Assembly (NCBI GenBank): GCA_964361405.1
Contig: CAYIAA010000006.1
Location: 1-44,662 of the forward strand
Direction: 5' to 3'
Length of the DNA stretch: 44,662 nt
From: an uncultured Candidatus Saccharibacteria bacterium
GTDB lineage: Bacteria; Patescibacteriota; Minisyncoccia; Phycocordibacterales; UBA3531
The position numbers were made by a program, and so were the translations under genes. Of the stretch, positions 9,488 to 17,593 are shown piece by piece (position 1 is the stretch's first letter; every line of letters starts with the position of its first letter). The notes under the pieces were generated by a model. That model was given only the letters and a program-made list of their open reading frames with translations. It ran no database searches and was not told where the DNA came from.

Positions 9488-10769
9488 CCTATCTCTACTC
9501 GGCTTCGCCACTCTACTACTCCTTCAGACAATACTCCCTGAAGCAGTCTTTGGTATAACCGCCGAAGAACTCCGTTCCACGATTGCAAAAAAAAATGAAG
9601 ATATTGGAAAACTTGAGAAAGAGATACGCCTCTACGAAAGCGAAATTGCAGCTACAAAACTTGAGACAGCAACGCTTGAAAGCACGGTTCGGGAAATCGA
9701 TATCACGAGAAAAAAACTCGCCGCCGACTTAAACGTCACCGCACGAAAGATTGAAACAATAACCCTCACCATTGAAAAACTTGGCCTTGAGATTACCGAT
9801 AAGGAGGGGCGGATTAAATTATTGAGAGAGACTGTCGCGGAAAATATTCGCAATCTTCAAGGAATAGAAGATCGCTCTCTTGTGGAAGCAGTGTTTTCAA
9901 CCAGTTCGATTTCAGAGTTTTGGAGTGAACTTGATACTTTGGAGGCCCTCCAAGAGGGGATACACACCCGCCTTGCCAATCTGCGGAGCGTAAAAACTGA
10001 ACTCGAAACATCAAAAGACGAAAGTGAACACTATCGGCTGGACCTCGTGAAGACGAAAACACTGCTTGCCGACCAAAAATATCTGGCAGACCTGAATCAG
10101 AAAAAAAAGACGGAACTTCTTCGAGAGACGAATAATAAACAATCAAACTTCCAAAAGCTCCTCAATGAAAAGATGGCACGGAAACGGGCATTCGAAGCGG
10201 AGCTCACCGAGGCCGAAACAGCCCTCAAGAGCGTACTCGACCCCGCAAATATCCCAGTCCAAGGAGTTGGTATTCTCCTATGGCCTGTCGACTCGGTCAG
10301 GGTCACACAGGAATTTGGAAATACTCCTTTCGCTCGCGCAAACCCAGGGGTCTATAGCAGTGGAGGCCACAATGGAGTTGATTTTGGGGGTTCCCGCGGA
10401 TCCCTTATTCACGCAGCGAGAAGTGGAACTGTTATTGGGACGGGCAATACCGATACCGCTTGCCTACGAGCTTCCTATGGAAAATGGATATTACTAGCAC
10501 ACGATAATGCTCTCTCAACGCTCTATGCCCACCTTGACCTTGTCCGTGCAGAGGTTGGGCAGGTGGTGAAAACGGGTGATATACTGGGGTATATGGGCGA
10601 TACAGGATATGCAACTGGACCACATCTCCATTTTACGCTCTTTGTTTCTTCGGCGGTTGAAATAGGTCCGTTTAAAAGCAAGGTGTGTCCGGGTGCCGTC
10701 TATACAATCCCGCTTCTCACCAAACAAGGAGGATACTTGAATCCGCTCGATTATCTTCCAAAATTATGA
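9462..10769 (+). CDS. secreted coiled-coil plus M23 peptidase (murein hydrolase / EnvC-like architecture)
   Basis: Signal/TM after ATG 9462, long coiled coil, HNGVD (HxxxD), YAHL, TGPHLH (HxH). Confidence 0.9.
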   Translation: MKHKHISSSLSLLGFATLLLLQTILPEAVFGITAEELRSTIAKKNEDIGKLEKEIRLYESEIAATKLETATLESTVREIDITRKKLAADLNVTARKIETITLTIEKLGLEITDKEGRIKLLRETVAENIRNLQGIEDRSLVEAVFSTSSISEFWSELDTLEALQEGIHTRLANLRSVKTELETSKDESEHYRLDLVKTKTLLADQKYLADLNQKKKTELLRETNNKQSNFQKLLNEKMARKRAFEAELTEAETALKSVLDPANIPVQGVGILLWPVDSVRVTQEFGNTPFARANPGVYSSGGHNGVDFGGSRGSLIHAARSGTVIGTGNTDTACLRASYGKWILLAHDNALSTLYAHLDLVRAEVGQVVKTGDILGYMGDTGYATGPHLHFTLFVSSAVEIGPFKSKVCPGAVYTIPLLTKQGGYLNPLDYLPKL

Positions 10770-10993
10770 ACACATTTTTTCATAAAAAAGGGGAGTGGGG
10801 TTTCTTCAAAACCGTCATTCTTGTCATCGCTGGCATTCTAGTCCTCGCCTATTTCGGCATTGATTTGAGTAAAATGCCTCCGAGGGAAAACCTTCCCGGG
10901 TGGCTTATTTCTACGCTCGATCTCCTAAAAAATGTCTGGCAAGGGCTTCTTGAACCATTGTTCCGGTCATTGAAGGGAGTGTTCAAAAACTGA
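10766..10993 (+). CDS. small membrane protein with prepilin-like N-terminus
   Basis: ATGA overlap with the upstream stop; KKGEWG-FFKTVILVIAGILVLAYFG hydrophobic stretch. Confidence 0.7.
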   Translation: MNTFFHKKGEWGFFKTVILVIAGILVLAYFGIDLSKMPPRENLPGWLISTLDLLKNVWQGLLEPLFRSLKGVFKN

Positions 10994-11050
10994 TACAATA
11001 CCAATAAATAAAGGTCGAATCGTTTATCAAGTAATAAACGAGATGCCTCT

Positions 11051-11323
11051 ATGGGGAAGATTCACATGCTTCTGTTCCTCATCCTCATCGTCGGTGGCTT
11101 AAACTGGCTTACGCTTGGAGTCACTGGTTCGTGGGATGTCGTCGGCAGACTCCTCGGAGGTCAAGACACTCCGCTCGCGCGCGCGGTTTATATTGTCGTT
11201 GGAGTTGCTGCGGTTTTTGAACTCACGACACACCGCTGGCGCTGTAAGGATTGCGCGGCATTGCGAGGCCAGAGTCAGAACAGCCGTCCCGGAGGAATGC
11301 AACCAAACGGCACCGGTTACTAA
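11051..11323 (+). CDS. DUF378-family small membrane protein
   Basis: LIVGGLNWLTLG...D.V..L.G...RAVYIVVG.AA pattern; upstream TGATACAAT extended -10. Confidence 0.8.
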   Translation: MGKIHMLLFLILIVGGLNWLTLGVTGSWDVVGRLLGGQDTPLARAVYIVVGVAAVFELTTHRWRCKDCAALRGQSQNSRPGGMQPNGTGY

Positions 11324-11347
11324 TTTTTATGATAGTAGTGCTGATGC

Positions 11348-11380
11348 CACCGCTCACTTGTGGAACCCAAGTGGGCGGTG
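11348..11380. repeat. 13-bp inverted repeat without U-tract
   Basis: CACCGCTCACTTG-N7-CAAGTGGGCGGTG. Confidence 0.6.
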
Positions 11381-11464
11381 ATGTATACGTCTACAAGAAG
11401 TACGCTTGCATGTACCAGTTTTGTATAGTATAAAAATCTTAGATTCGACAGGGGAGGAGGGAGA

Positions 11465-11929
11465 ATGTATCGGGTGTGTACGATTGTTCTAGTGGCGCTT
11501 CTGGGTGCCTCCAGGCCAGATTCAAGATCAGATTCAAATCCAGCGTGTCCGTGGGAAGAAAAAACCTATACGGGTCAAGTCATTTGGATTCAGAAGGTCA
11601 GCAACCTCAAGGCGGTGGTCACCATTCGCTTCACTGATGGGATTCTAGGAGCTATTACAGTAACCCTGGAAGACATCCGGCTCCAGTCCATCCAGAAAGG
11701 AACTTCTGTTCAATGCAAGGTTGACCAGGTTCGTTCATGCGTCGAGGGAAAAGAAGCCGTTATGTGCAAGTTAGCTCCGGCTTCCATGAACACAAACCAA
11801 AACAAGCCACTAGACTCGGATTGGGGCAGGCCATTTTCTACAATAAGTGGGGAAACGGCCTGCCCCAACAAAACAAAGAGAGGGTCAAGCACTAGAACAA
11901 CTCTAGTGCTTTTTTGTTTTTTTCTGTAG
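11465..11929 (+). CDS. orphan secreted Cys-containing beta-rich protein; C-terminal tail doubtful
   Basis: Strong SD (GGAGG), signal-peptide-like N-terminus; last ~35 codons cross hairpins and a terminator. Confidence 0.6.
   Translation: MYRVCTIVLVALLGASRPDSRSDSNPACPWEEKTYTGQVIWIQKVSNLKAVVTIRFTDGILGAITVTLEDIRLQSIQKGTSVQCKVDQVRSCVEGKEAVMCKLAPASMNTNQNKPLDSDWGRPFSTISGETACPNKTKRGSSTRTTLVLFCFFL
11887..11923 (+). terminator. intrinsic terminator inside the 3' end of ORF 11465
   Basis: AAGCACTAGA-ACAAC-TCTAGTGCTT followed by TTTTGTTTTTTT. Confidence 0.75.
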
Positions 11930-12038
11930 GAGGGGAGTTCATCACAGTATGTACTACGTCGTAAAATCTATATTGTGCGACACATAGAGTATGGAGCTCA
12001 AACCTCTTTCAGAGCACTCCCCCTTGACACTCATCCAT

Positions 12039-12081
12039 AAAAAAGATGAACGGGGCAAGAAAGATTGTTTCTTGCCCCGTT
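12039..12081 (-). terminator. intrinsic terminator after ORF 12101-12400
   Basis: Perfect 14-bp IR AACGGGGCAAGAAA / TTTCTTGCCCCGTT, then CATCTTTTTT on the minus strand. Confidence 0.7.
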
Positions 12082-12100
12082 GCTATGGAGGACTCCTCAA

Positions 12101-12400
12101 TTAAAAGGACCCTTCATTGTCTTTATTCACCAGGACGGTCTCGACGATCCGATGGTGGTTTCTCTCTCTTCGAGGGGTGGGGTCCTTCCCCCACTGAAAA
12201 GCCTCAGGGCCGAACTGCTCTTGAGAGAACTGGTGTTTTCGTCTCACCTTGTACCGAACCATGTTCGCAAGGTCTCTCGCGTCATCCGGAGTGATACCGA
12301 GCGCGAGGATTGCATCATAGATCGTGTTGAGGGCAATCTTGAGATCCCCAAGATGAAGCTCCTTGGGAGGGTTGCCGTTTGGTGGGCTACCTAAAGCCAT
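12101..12400 (-). CDS. orphan hypothetical protein (99 aa)
   Basis: SD AAGGAG 9 nt before ATG, promoter upstream and terminator downstream, so a complete transcription unit. Confidence 0.65.
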   Translation of the reverse strand: MALGSPPNGNPPKELHLGDLKIALNTIYDAILALGITPDDARDLANMVRYKVRRKHQFSQEQFGPEAFQWGKDPTPRRERNHHRIVETVLVNKDNEGSF

Positions 12401-12437
12401 GGACTTCTTCTCCTTGGAGAAAAACTACTCCACTTCA

Positions 12438-12465
12438 ATTGTATATGGATTGATGTAGGTGTAAA
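12438..12465 (-). promoter_or_regulatory. sigma70-type promoter
   Basis: TTTACA-N16-TACAAT on the minus strand. Confidence 0.55.
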
Positions 12466-12529
12466 GAGAAAAAAGAGCTTTTAAAAACATACCTGTTGAT
12501 AAAGCCGCGCATTACATTTTTTTGATTCT

Positions 12530-12572
12530 AAAAAAAAGAGGCTTGGCATCATCGAGTAACGACACCGAGCCT
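12530..12572 (-). terminator. intrinsic terminator downstream of the Ada-domain gene
   Basis: Minus strand AGGCTCGGTGTCGTT-ACTC-GATGATGCCAAGCCT with G-U pairs, then CTTTTTTTT. Confidence 0.65.
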
Positions 12573-12676
12573 TAAATTACCCACGATTTTTTATCCCTCT
12601 GCCTTCCTATTTTTAAAAGAGAAAAAGTCTACGGAAAATATACAATGAAATGAGTAGTAAGCGCCGTCAACTCTGA

Positions 12677-13087
12677 TCAGAGTCCTTTGCAGTTTGCCGC
12701 AGGTTCGTATCCAGCTTTCTCTGCTTGCTCTTCTGATTGAAACCAAATTTTATTTGCTTCACTGATTTGGAGAGCGCCGGGACACCATGGAAAATGATAT
12801 TTTGAACCATTTCTGGATGCCACGAGAAGTCCTACACTGGGCGGAAACTCTTCCAAGGAAATGGCGCCCTCCCCTATTACTCCCTTGGAAGAGTTGAGAG
12901 AGTTTGGTATCTCTATCTTAACGGGTATTTTCCCACCCTCTATCTTCGAAAGTCTGCCGAGACCGAAGGCAAGCGTTCCAAAAATGAACACTCCGGCAAG
13001 TATAAAAATCTCCCGTTCATACTGTTTAAGGGCCTTGATTTTTTCAACCTCCCGTCGTATACTACCTACTAAATTAAAATCAATCAT
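12677..13087 (-). CDS. membrane-anchored protein with Ada metal-binding-like C-terminal domain
   Basis: TM helix, then VASRNGSKYHFPWC...WFQSEEQAEKAGYEPAANC. Start uncertain. Confidence 0.8.
   Translation of the reverse strand: MIDFNLVGSIRREVEKIKALKQYEREIFILAGVFIFGTLAFGLGRLSKIEGGKIPVKIEIPNSLNSSKGVIGEGAISLEEFPPSVGLLVASRNGSKYHFPWCPGALQISEANKIWFQSEEQAEKAGYEPAANCKGL
13035..13063 (+). promoter_or_regulatory. sigma70 promoter for rpmA
   Basis: TTGATT-N17-TATACT, 44 nt upstream of the rpmA ATG. Confidence 0.65.
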
Positions 13088-13107
13088 AAAAAAGAAAAGA
13101 AGGGCGT

Positions 13108-13380
13108 ATGGCACATAAGAAATCAGGCGGATCAACAAAAAACCTTCGGGATTCACAGCCGAAGTACTTGGGCGTGAAACTCGGCGCAGGAGCACTCGCC
13201 CGCCCCGGGGCCATTATTGTCCGCCAAAGAGGGACACGTATCGTGCCGGGGGTGAATGTCCGCCTCGGAAAAGACCACACCATTTTTTCTGTCGCAAACG
13301 GAAAAGTTTCCTTCACTAAAGGAAGAAAACGGGGATTCGACGGAAAAATCCGCGTAATCACTATAGCAAACGTACGTTAG
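13108..13380 (+). CDS. rpmA: 50S ribosomal protein L27
   Basis: [38 protein letters not shown]. Confidence 0.98.
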   Translation: MAHKKSGGSTKNLRDSQPKYLGVKLGAGALARPGAIIVRQRGTRIVPGVNVRLGKDHTIFSVANGKVSFTKGRKRGFDGKIRVITIANVR

Positions 13381-13847
13381 GTTTTCTCTTCTTTCTCTTC
13401 CGCTTCGGATTGAGAAATGTGCACCGTAAAAGATGTACCTCTCTCCCCTCGCCGAGCATTGATTGTATGTGCCCCCAGAGCCTTAATCGGCTTTTCGATT
13501 TTAAGGAATTTCGGTTCAACTTCAATACCGTGTCCGCGTTTGAGCTCACCCACAATATCTTCCGCGTTAACCATGGCGAAAAGATGTCCTTCATCATTTG
13601 CGCGCCGTGAAATCTCTACTGTTATACCTCCGAGAACATTGAGGTCTCTAGACCATTTCTCTTCATCTGCGACATGAGTTTTCTCCTCCCGTTCCCTCCG
13701 GAGACTGAGTTCCTTGAGTCCTTCAGGTGTCGCGAGGCGAGCAATATTATTCGGGATTAAAAAGTTTCTTGCATAGCCAGGAGAAACGTCTTTTACATCA
13801 TATTTTTTGGCAACCCGCGGTACGTCTTTCTCAAAAATAACACGCAT
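13377..13847 (-). CDS. rplI: 50S ribosomal protein L9
   Basis: [34 protein letters not shown]. Confidence 0.95.
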   Translation of the reverse strand: MRVIFEKDVPRVAKKYDVKDVSPGYARNFLIPNNIARLATPEGLKELSLRREREEKTHVADEEKWSRDLNVLGGITVEISRRANDEGHLFAMVNAEDIVGELKRGHGIEVEPKFLKIEKPIKALGAHTINARRGERGTSFTVHISQSEAEEKEEKT

Positions 13848-13852
13848 AGATT

Positions 13853-15058
13853 TTAATGTCCTTCGTTCAAGAACGTAATGGCCCGCTCAAGTTGGGGGTC
13901 CTTTTTTGTCTCGAGATCTTTTTCGGTCATGGGAATGGTGATATCTGGTTTGAGTCCATCCATTGAAATTGACACGCCTTTCGGTGTGAGCCATTTCGCA
14001 ATAGTGAGTTTGATAAACGTATCGTCAGTTACTGAAATGAGCTCTTGAACTGATGCTTTTCCGAACGTTTTTTCGCCGATAAGCGTTGCCACCCCATATT
14101 CTGAAAGTGCTCCTGCCATAATTTCTGATGCTGAAGCGCTTCCTTGATTCACCAAGATAACAATCTTCAGGTCGTCGTTAAAAACGTCATACCCACGGCT
14201 CCGATGCACCCGTTCTTCCTTCCCCTCCCCTAGGTCTTCGCGCACAATCGGTTCCCCCACGGGTACAAACCAGCTGGTAAGGTCAATCGCCGCTTCAAGA
14301 AATCCTCCCGGGTTATTCCGAAGGTCAATCACGAGTTTTTTTGAATTTGAAATCACAAATCCCCGAAGCGCCTCACGAAAAAGAGATGGAGAGTTTCCGG
14401 AAAAATGGTGGAGGGTCAGAATAAATACTCCGTCTTTTATCTCCGTCTCAAGCGTGGGTATTTCAATCTTCTGACGGCTCACATCGAATTCAAGCTCTTT
14501 TCCCTCTCGGAATATTTTCAAATGAACGCTCGTCCCCGCCGATCCTCGAATTTTTCGAACTGCTTCATTGATTGAGAGCACTCCGGTCTCCACGCCATCA
14601 ATCGTCATAATTTTATCTCCGGCGAGAATCCCCGCTTTTTCCGCGGGTGTACCGTGGAGCGGCGCAATCACCGTTAAAATATCGTCTTTAACGGCAATTT
14701 CCATCCCAACACCCTCAAAGTTTCCGCTGATATCTTCCTCAAAAGTTTCTGCCTCTTCCGGTGGAAGAAAAACCGAATAAGGGTCGCCGATACTCCCCAC
14801 AAGACCACTAATGGCCCCCCAGAGACGTTCTTCTTCCGTCGGTTTATCCGAGAACACATATTCCTCATCGAGGATCTTCCAACTCTTCCAGAAGGGAGAA
14901 AAGTCGACAGATGGAGCTATTCCTTGGGGCAAGAGAGCGCTCTCCCCGAAAAACCCCATTTCTCCTCCTTCACTCGCGACATAGATACCTCCAAAAAAAG
15001 AGGCCGCAAGCATGGCGGCGAAGAGAACGGTAATTCCAAGAAGTTTTTTTCTATCCAC
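13853..15058 (-). CDS. C-terminal processing protease (S41, CtpA-like) with PDZ domain
   Basis: DPYS, FEGVGMEI, DLRNNPGG, SASASE, TFGK. GTG 15058 lies 7 nt after TGcCATACT. Confidence 0.92.
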   Translation of the reverse strand: MDRKKLLGITVLFAAMLAASFFGGIYVASEGGEMGFFGESALLPQGIAPSVDFSPFWKSWKILDEEYVFSDKPTEEERLWGAISGLVGSIGDPYSVFLPPEEAETFEEDISGNFEGVGMEIAVKDDILTVIAPLHGTPAEKAGILAGDKIMTIDGVETGVLSINEAVRKIRGSAGTSVHLKIFREGKELEFDVSRQKIEIPTLETEIKDGVFILTLHHFSGNSPSLFREALRGFVISNSKKLVIDLRNNPGGFLEAAIDLTSWFVPVGEPIVREDLGEGKEERVHRSRGYDVFNDDLKIVILVNQGSASASEIMAGALSEYGVATLIGEKTFGKASVQELISVTDDTFIKLTIAKWLTPKGVSISMDGLKPDITIPMTEKDLETKKDPQLERAITFLNEGH

Positions 15059-15084
15059 AAGAATTAGTATGGCAGAGCATCTAC

Positions 15085-15113
15085 TTGTGGTCAATCGGCG
15101 CGAGCACTATAAT
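15085..15113 (+). promoter_or_regulatory. sigma70 promoter for corA-cysS
   Basis: TTGTGG-N17-TATAAT. Confidence 0.55.
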
Positions 15114-15132
15114 GAGCATAAGAAACCTGTCT

Positions 15133-16041
15133 ATGCTCAAGAAATATAGCTATCGCGGCGTTGAGTGGTATGACGCAGAAGCCCCAACACCCGACGATTT
15201 AGCACAACTCGCTCGTACATACCATTTAAGCGAGGAGATTGTTCACGACATAAGTCAAGGCAGTCCGACGCAAAAAATAGAACTCCATGACTCCTGTATT
15301 TATATCGCTGTTCGCTTCCCTCTTCTCGGCCCGGACAGTACGAACGATCTTCGGGAAGTCGTCTTTATTATCGGCAAGGATTTTCTGATTTCAGTCCATA
15401 GCGGCACCTATAAGCCAATCCATGAAATATCGAAAATTTTTGATGTCAGTCCGAAAGAATCTAAAAAAACCACCATACATGCCGGAATGCTCCTTTTTTT
15501 CATCATGCGACACCTCTATGCCTCGCTTGAAGAAAGTTTGAGTATACTTTCGGCAGAACTTGGACAAATCGAGAAACGCATCTTTAGCGGCGAAGAGCAC
15601 AGCATGGTCGAACGCATTTCCCGCACCAATCGCCGCTTACTTCATCTCCGCGGGTCACTCAAACCTCACGAAAATCTTCTTTCTTCTCTTGAGAGCGCGG
15701 GAAAGATTTTTTTTGGTGAGAAGTATCTCTACTACCTAAGCTCAATCAAAAGTGAGTGGCATAAAGTCTGGAGTACAGTTGAAGACATCGGTGAAGCCCT
15801 CAATCTTCTGAAGCAAACGAATGATTCCTTGCTCTCGACAAAAACATCGGATACGATGCGCGCACTCACCCTTATGGCGCTCGTCACTTTTCCTCTGACC
15901 CTCCTCGCTGGAATTTTTGGAATGAATGTAACAGCTCTTCCTATCGTGGGGAGGGACAATGATTTTTGGATTATTTTAAGCATTATGGCGGCGGGAACTC
16001 TTGGGATGGTCGCATACTTTAAGCATCGGAAATGGTTCTAA
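15133..16041 (+). CDS. corA: CorA-family magnesium transporter
   Basis: GIFGMN signature between two C-terminal TM helices. Confidence 0.9.
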   Translation: MLKKYSYRGVEWYDAEAPTPDDLAQLARTYHLSEEIVHDISQGSPTQKIELHDSCIYIAVRFPLLGPDSTNDLREVVFIIGKDFLISVHSGTYKPIHEISKIFDVSPKESKKTTIHAGMLLFFIMRHLYASLEESLSILSAELGQIEKRIFSGEEHSMVERISRTNRRLLHLRGSLKPHENLLSSLESAGKIFFGEKYLYYLSSIKSEWHKVWSTVEDIGEALNLLKQTNDSLLSTKTSDTMRALTLMALVTFPLTLLAGIFGMNVTALPIVGRDNDFWIILSIMAAGTLGMVAYFKHRKWF

Positions 16042-17480
16042 CAACTCCACTTACTCTCTATAATTCGCTCACGAAGCGTAAAGAGCGTTTTGAACCCCAG
16101 AAACGGGGTCATGTAAGAATTTATGTGTGCGGCCCGACGGTCTATGAATACGCGCATATTGGCAATTTCAGAGCATTCCTTGCGGCAGACACCTTAGTTC
16201 GCACACTCCGATACCGAGGGTATAAAACGACGTATATTCGGAACATTACGGATGTTGGTCATCTCACCGATGATGCCGACCAAGGAGAAGATAAGGTTGA
16301 AAAATCTGCCGTTTCAAAAGGCATCAGCGCGCTTGAAGTCGGGGATATGTTCACCAAAGTTTTCCAGGGTGATGCGCTTGCGCTCAATCTGCTCACGCCG
16401 GACAAAGAACCTCGTGCGAGCGAGCATATTGAAGAGCAAATACTGATGATTCGCGAGCTCGAGAAGCGAGGTTTTACATATCGTGCCAAGGATGGAATCT
16501 ATTTTGACACGGCAAAAATGAAAGGGTACGGGAAACTCGCCTCGCTCGACCTACATACCTCGAGTGAGGGGCGCATCGCCTCCAATCCGGAGAAAAAAAA
16601 TCCTCGGGATTTCGCTCTATGGAAATTCTCGCCAGAGGAAACAAAACGCCAGATGGAGTGGCCATCGCCCTGGGGCGTCGGGTTCCCTGGCTGGCACATT
16701 GAATGCTCGGCGATGTCGCGTAAATATCTCGGATTCCCTTTTGATATTCACATGGGCGGCATTGATCATGCGAGCGTCCACCACACGAATGAGATTGCAC
16801 AGAATGAAGGCGTGTTCGGGGGACAAACAGTTAAATTTTGGCTCCACTCGGAATTCGTTCTCATTGACGGAAAAAAGATGAGTAAGAGTCTCGGGAATAC
16901 GTATACTTTGAAAGACGTCGCTGGGCGAGGAATATCTTTGCTTGCTTTCCGATATATGACGCTAAATACCCACTACCGCCAAAAACTTAACTTCACCTGG
17001 GATGCTCTTATCGCGGCTGAAAACAGTTTGAACGCGCTCTATGACTCGGTGGAACATCTGACACAAGAAAGGAACAAAGTTCGGATAGGAAGGAGACTCT
17101 TGAGCGCCGTCGGATCACTTCGAAATATTGCTGTGAGGGGAAATAAAATCCAAAGTTCATTCGAGAACTCCGTTGCCGACGACTTAAATACCCCGCAAGC
17201 GCTGGCCGCGCTCTGGGAACTCATTAAATCGCCTTCCCTCTCCCCTTCTGTGAAACTTTCTTATGTTCGACGATTTGATCAAGTTCTCGGATTAAATCTC
17301 ACTCTGTATGAAGACGTGGTGATTCCGCCGCGCATACAAGATCTTATTCGCGAAAGAGAAGTTGCCCGAAAAAAGACTGATTGGCCGGAAGCCGACAGAC
17401 TGCGGGACGAGATCGCCAAGCTCGGATATGCACTTCGTGACACGGAAAAAGGGCCGATTATAACGAAAATTAAGAAGTAA
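16032..17480 (+). CDS. cysS: cysteinyl-tRNA synthetase
   Basis: YVCGPTVY, HIGN, NITDVGH, DFALWK, GFPGWHIECSAM, KMSKS. Confidence 0.98.
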   Translation: MVLTTPLTLYNSLTKRKERFEPQKRGHVRIYVCGPTVYEYAHIGNFRAFLAADTLVRTLRYRGYKTTYIRNITDVGHLTDDADQGEDKVEKSAVSKGISALEVGDMFTKVFQGDALALNLLTPDKEPRASEHIEEQILMIRELEKRGFTYRAKDGIYFDTAKMKGYGKLASLDLHTSSEGRIASNPEKKNPRDFALWKFSPEETKRQMEWPSPWGVGFPGWHIECSAMSRKYLGFPFDIHMGGIDHASVHHTNEIAQNEGVFGGQTVKFWLHSEFVLIDGKKMSKSLGNTYTLKDVAGRGISLLAFRYMTLNTHYRQKLNFTWDALIAAENSLNALYDSVEHLTQERNKVRIGRRLLSAVGSLRNIAVRGNKIQSSFENSVADDLNTPQALAALWELIKSPSLSPSVKLSYVRRFDQVLGLNLTLYEDVVIPPRIQDLIREREVARKKTDWPEADRLRDEIAKLGYALRDTEKGPIITKIKK

Positions 17481-17517
17481 AATAAAGGGAAAATAGACGC
17501 CCTCGGCTTACCCTCCT

Positions 17518-17526
17518 TTGTCCACA
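17518..17526 (+). promoter_or_regulatory. putative DnaA box upstream of dnaB
   Basis: TTGTCCACA, 1 mismatch to TTATCCACA, intergenic. Confidence 0.4.
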
Positions 17527-17593
17527 CTTTAAGAACAAAGTCTTTGCCTTTGACACCTCTCCCGACACTCCGGGCTATGGTAAAGTAGCCACT

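Noticed and set aside
12065-12394. Plus-strand 109-aa ORF
   Set aside because: Its TTG start lies inside a terminator hairpin with no RBS, and the opposite-strand ORF has full expression signals.
12395-12676. AT-rich intergenic region with TGTTGATAA as a possible oriC
   Set aside because: Only one imperfect DnaA box; the region is explained by a promoter and a terminator.
17060-17150. Basic insertion in the CysRS anticodon-binding region as a repeat-derived insert
   Set aside because: No palindrome or repeat match is visible in the DNA, and it cannot be judged without an alignment.
17550-17581. TTGACA...TATGGT as the dnaB promoter
   Set aside because: The 20-nt spacer is too long; the extended -10 at 17578-17586 fits better.
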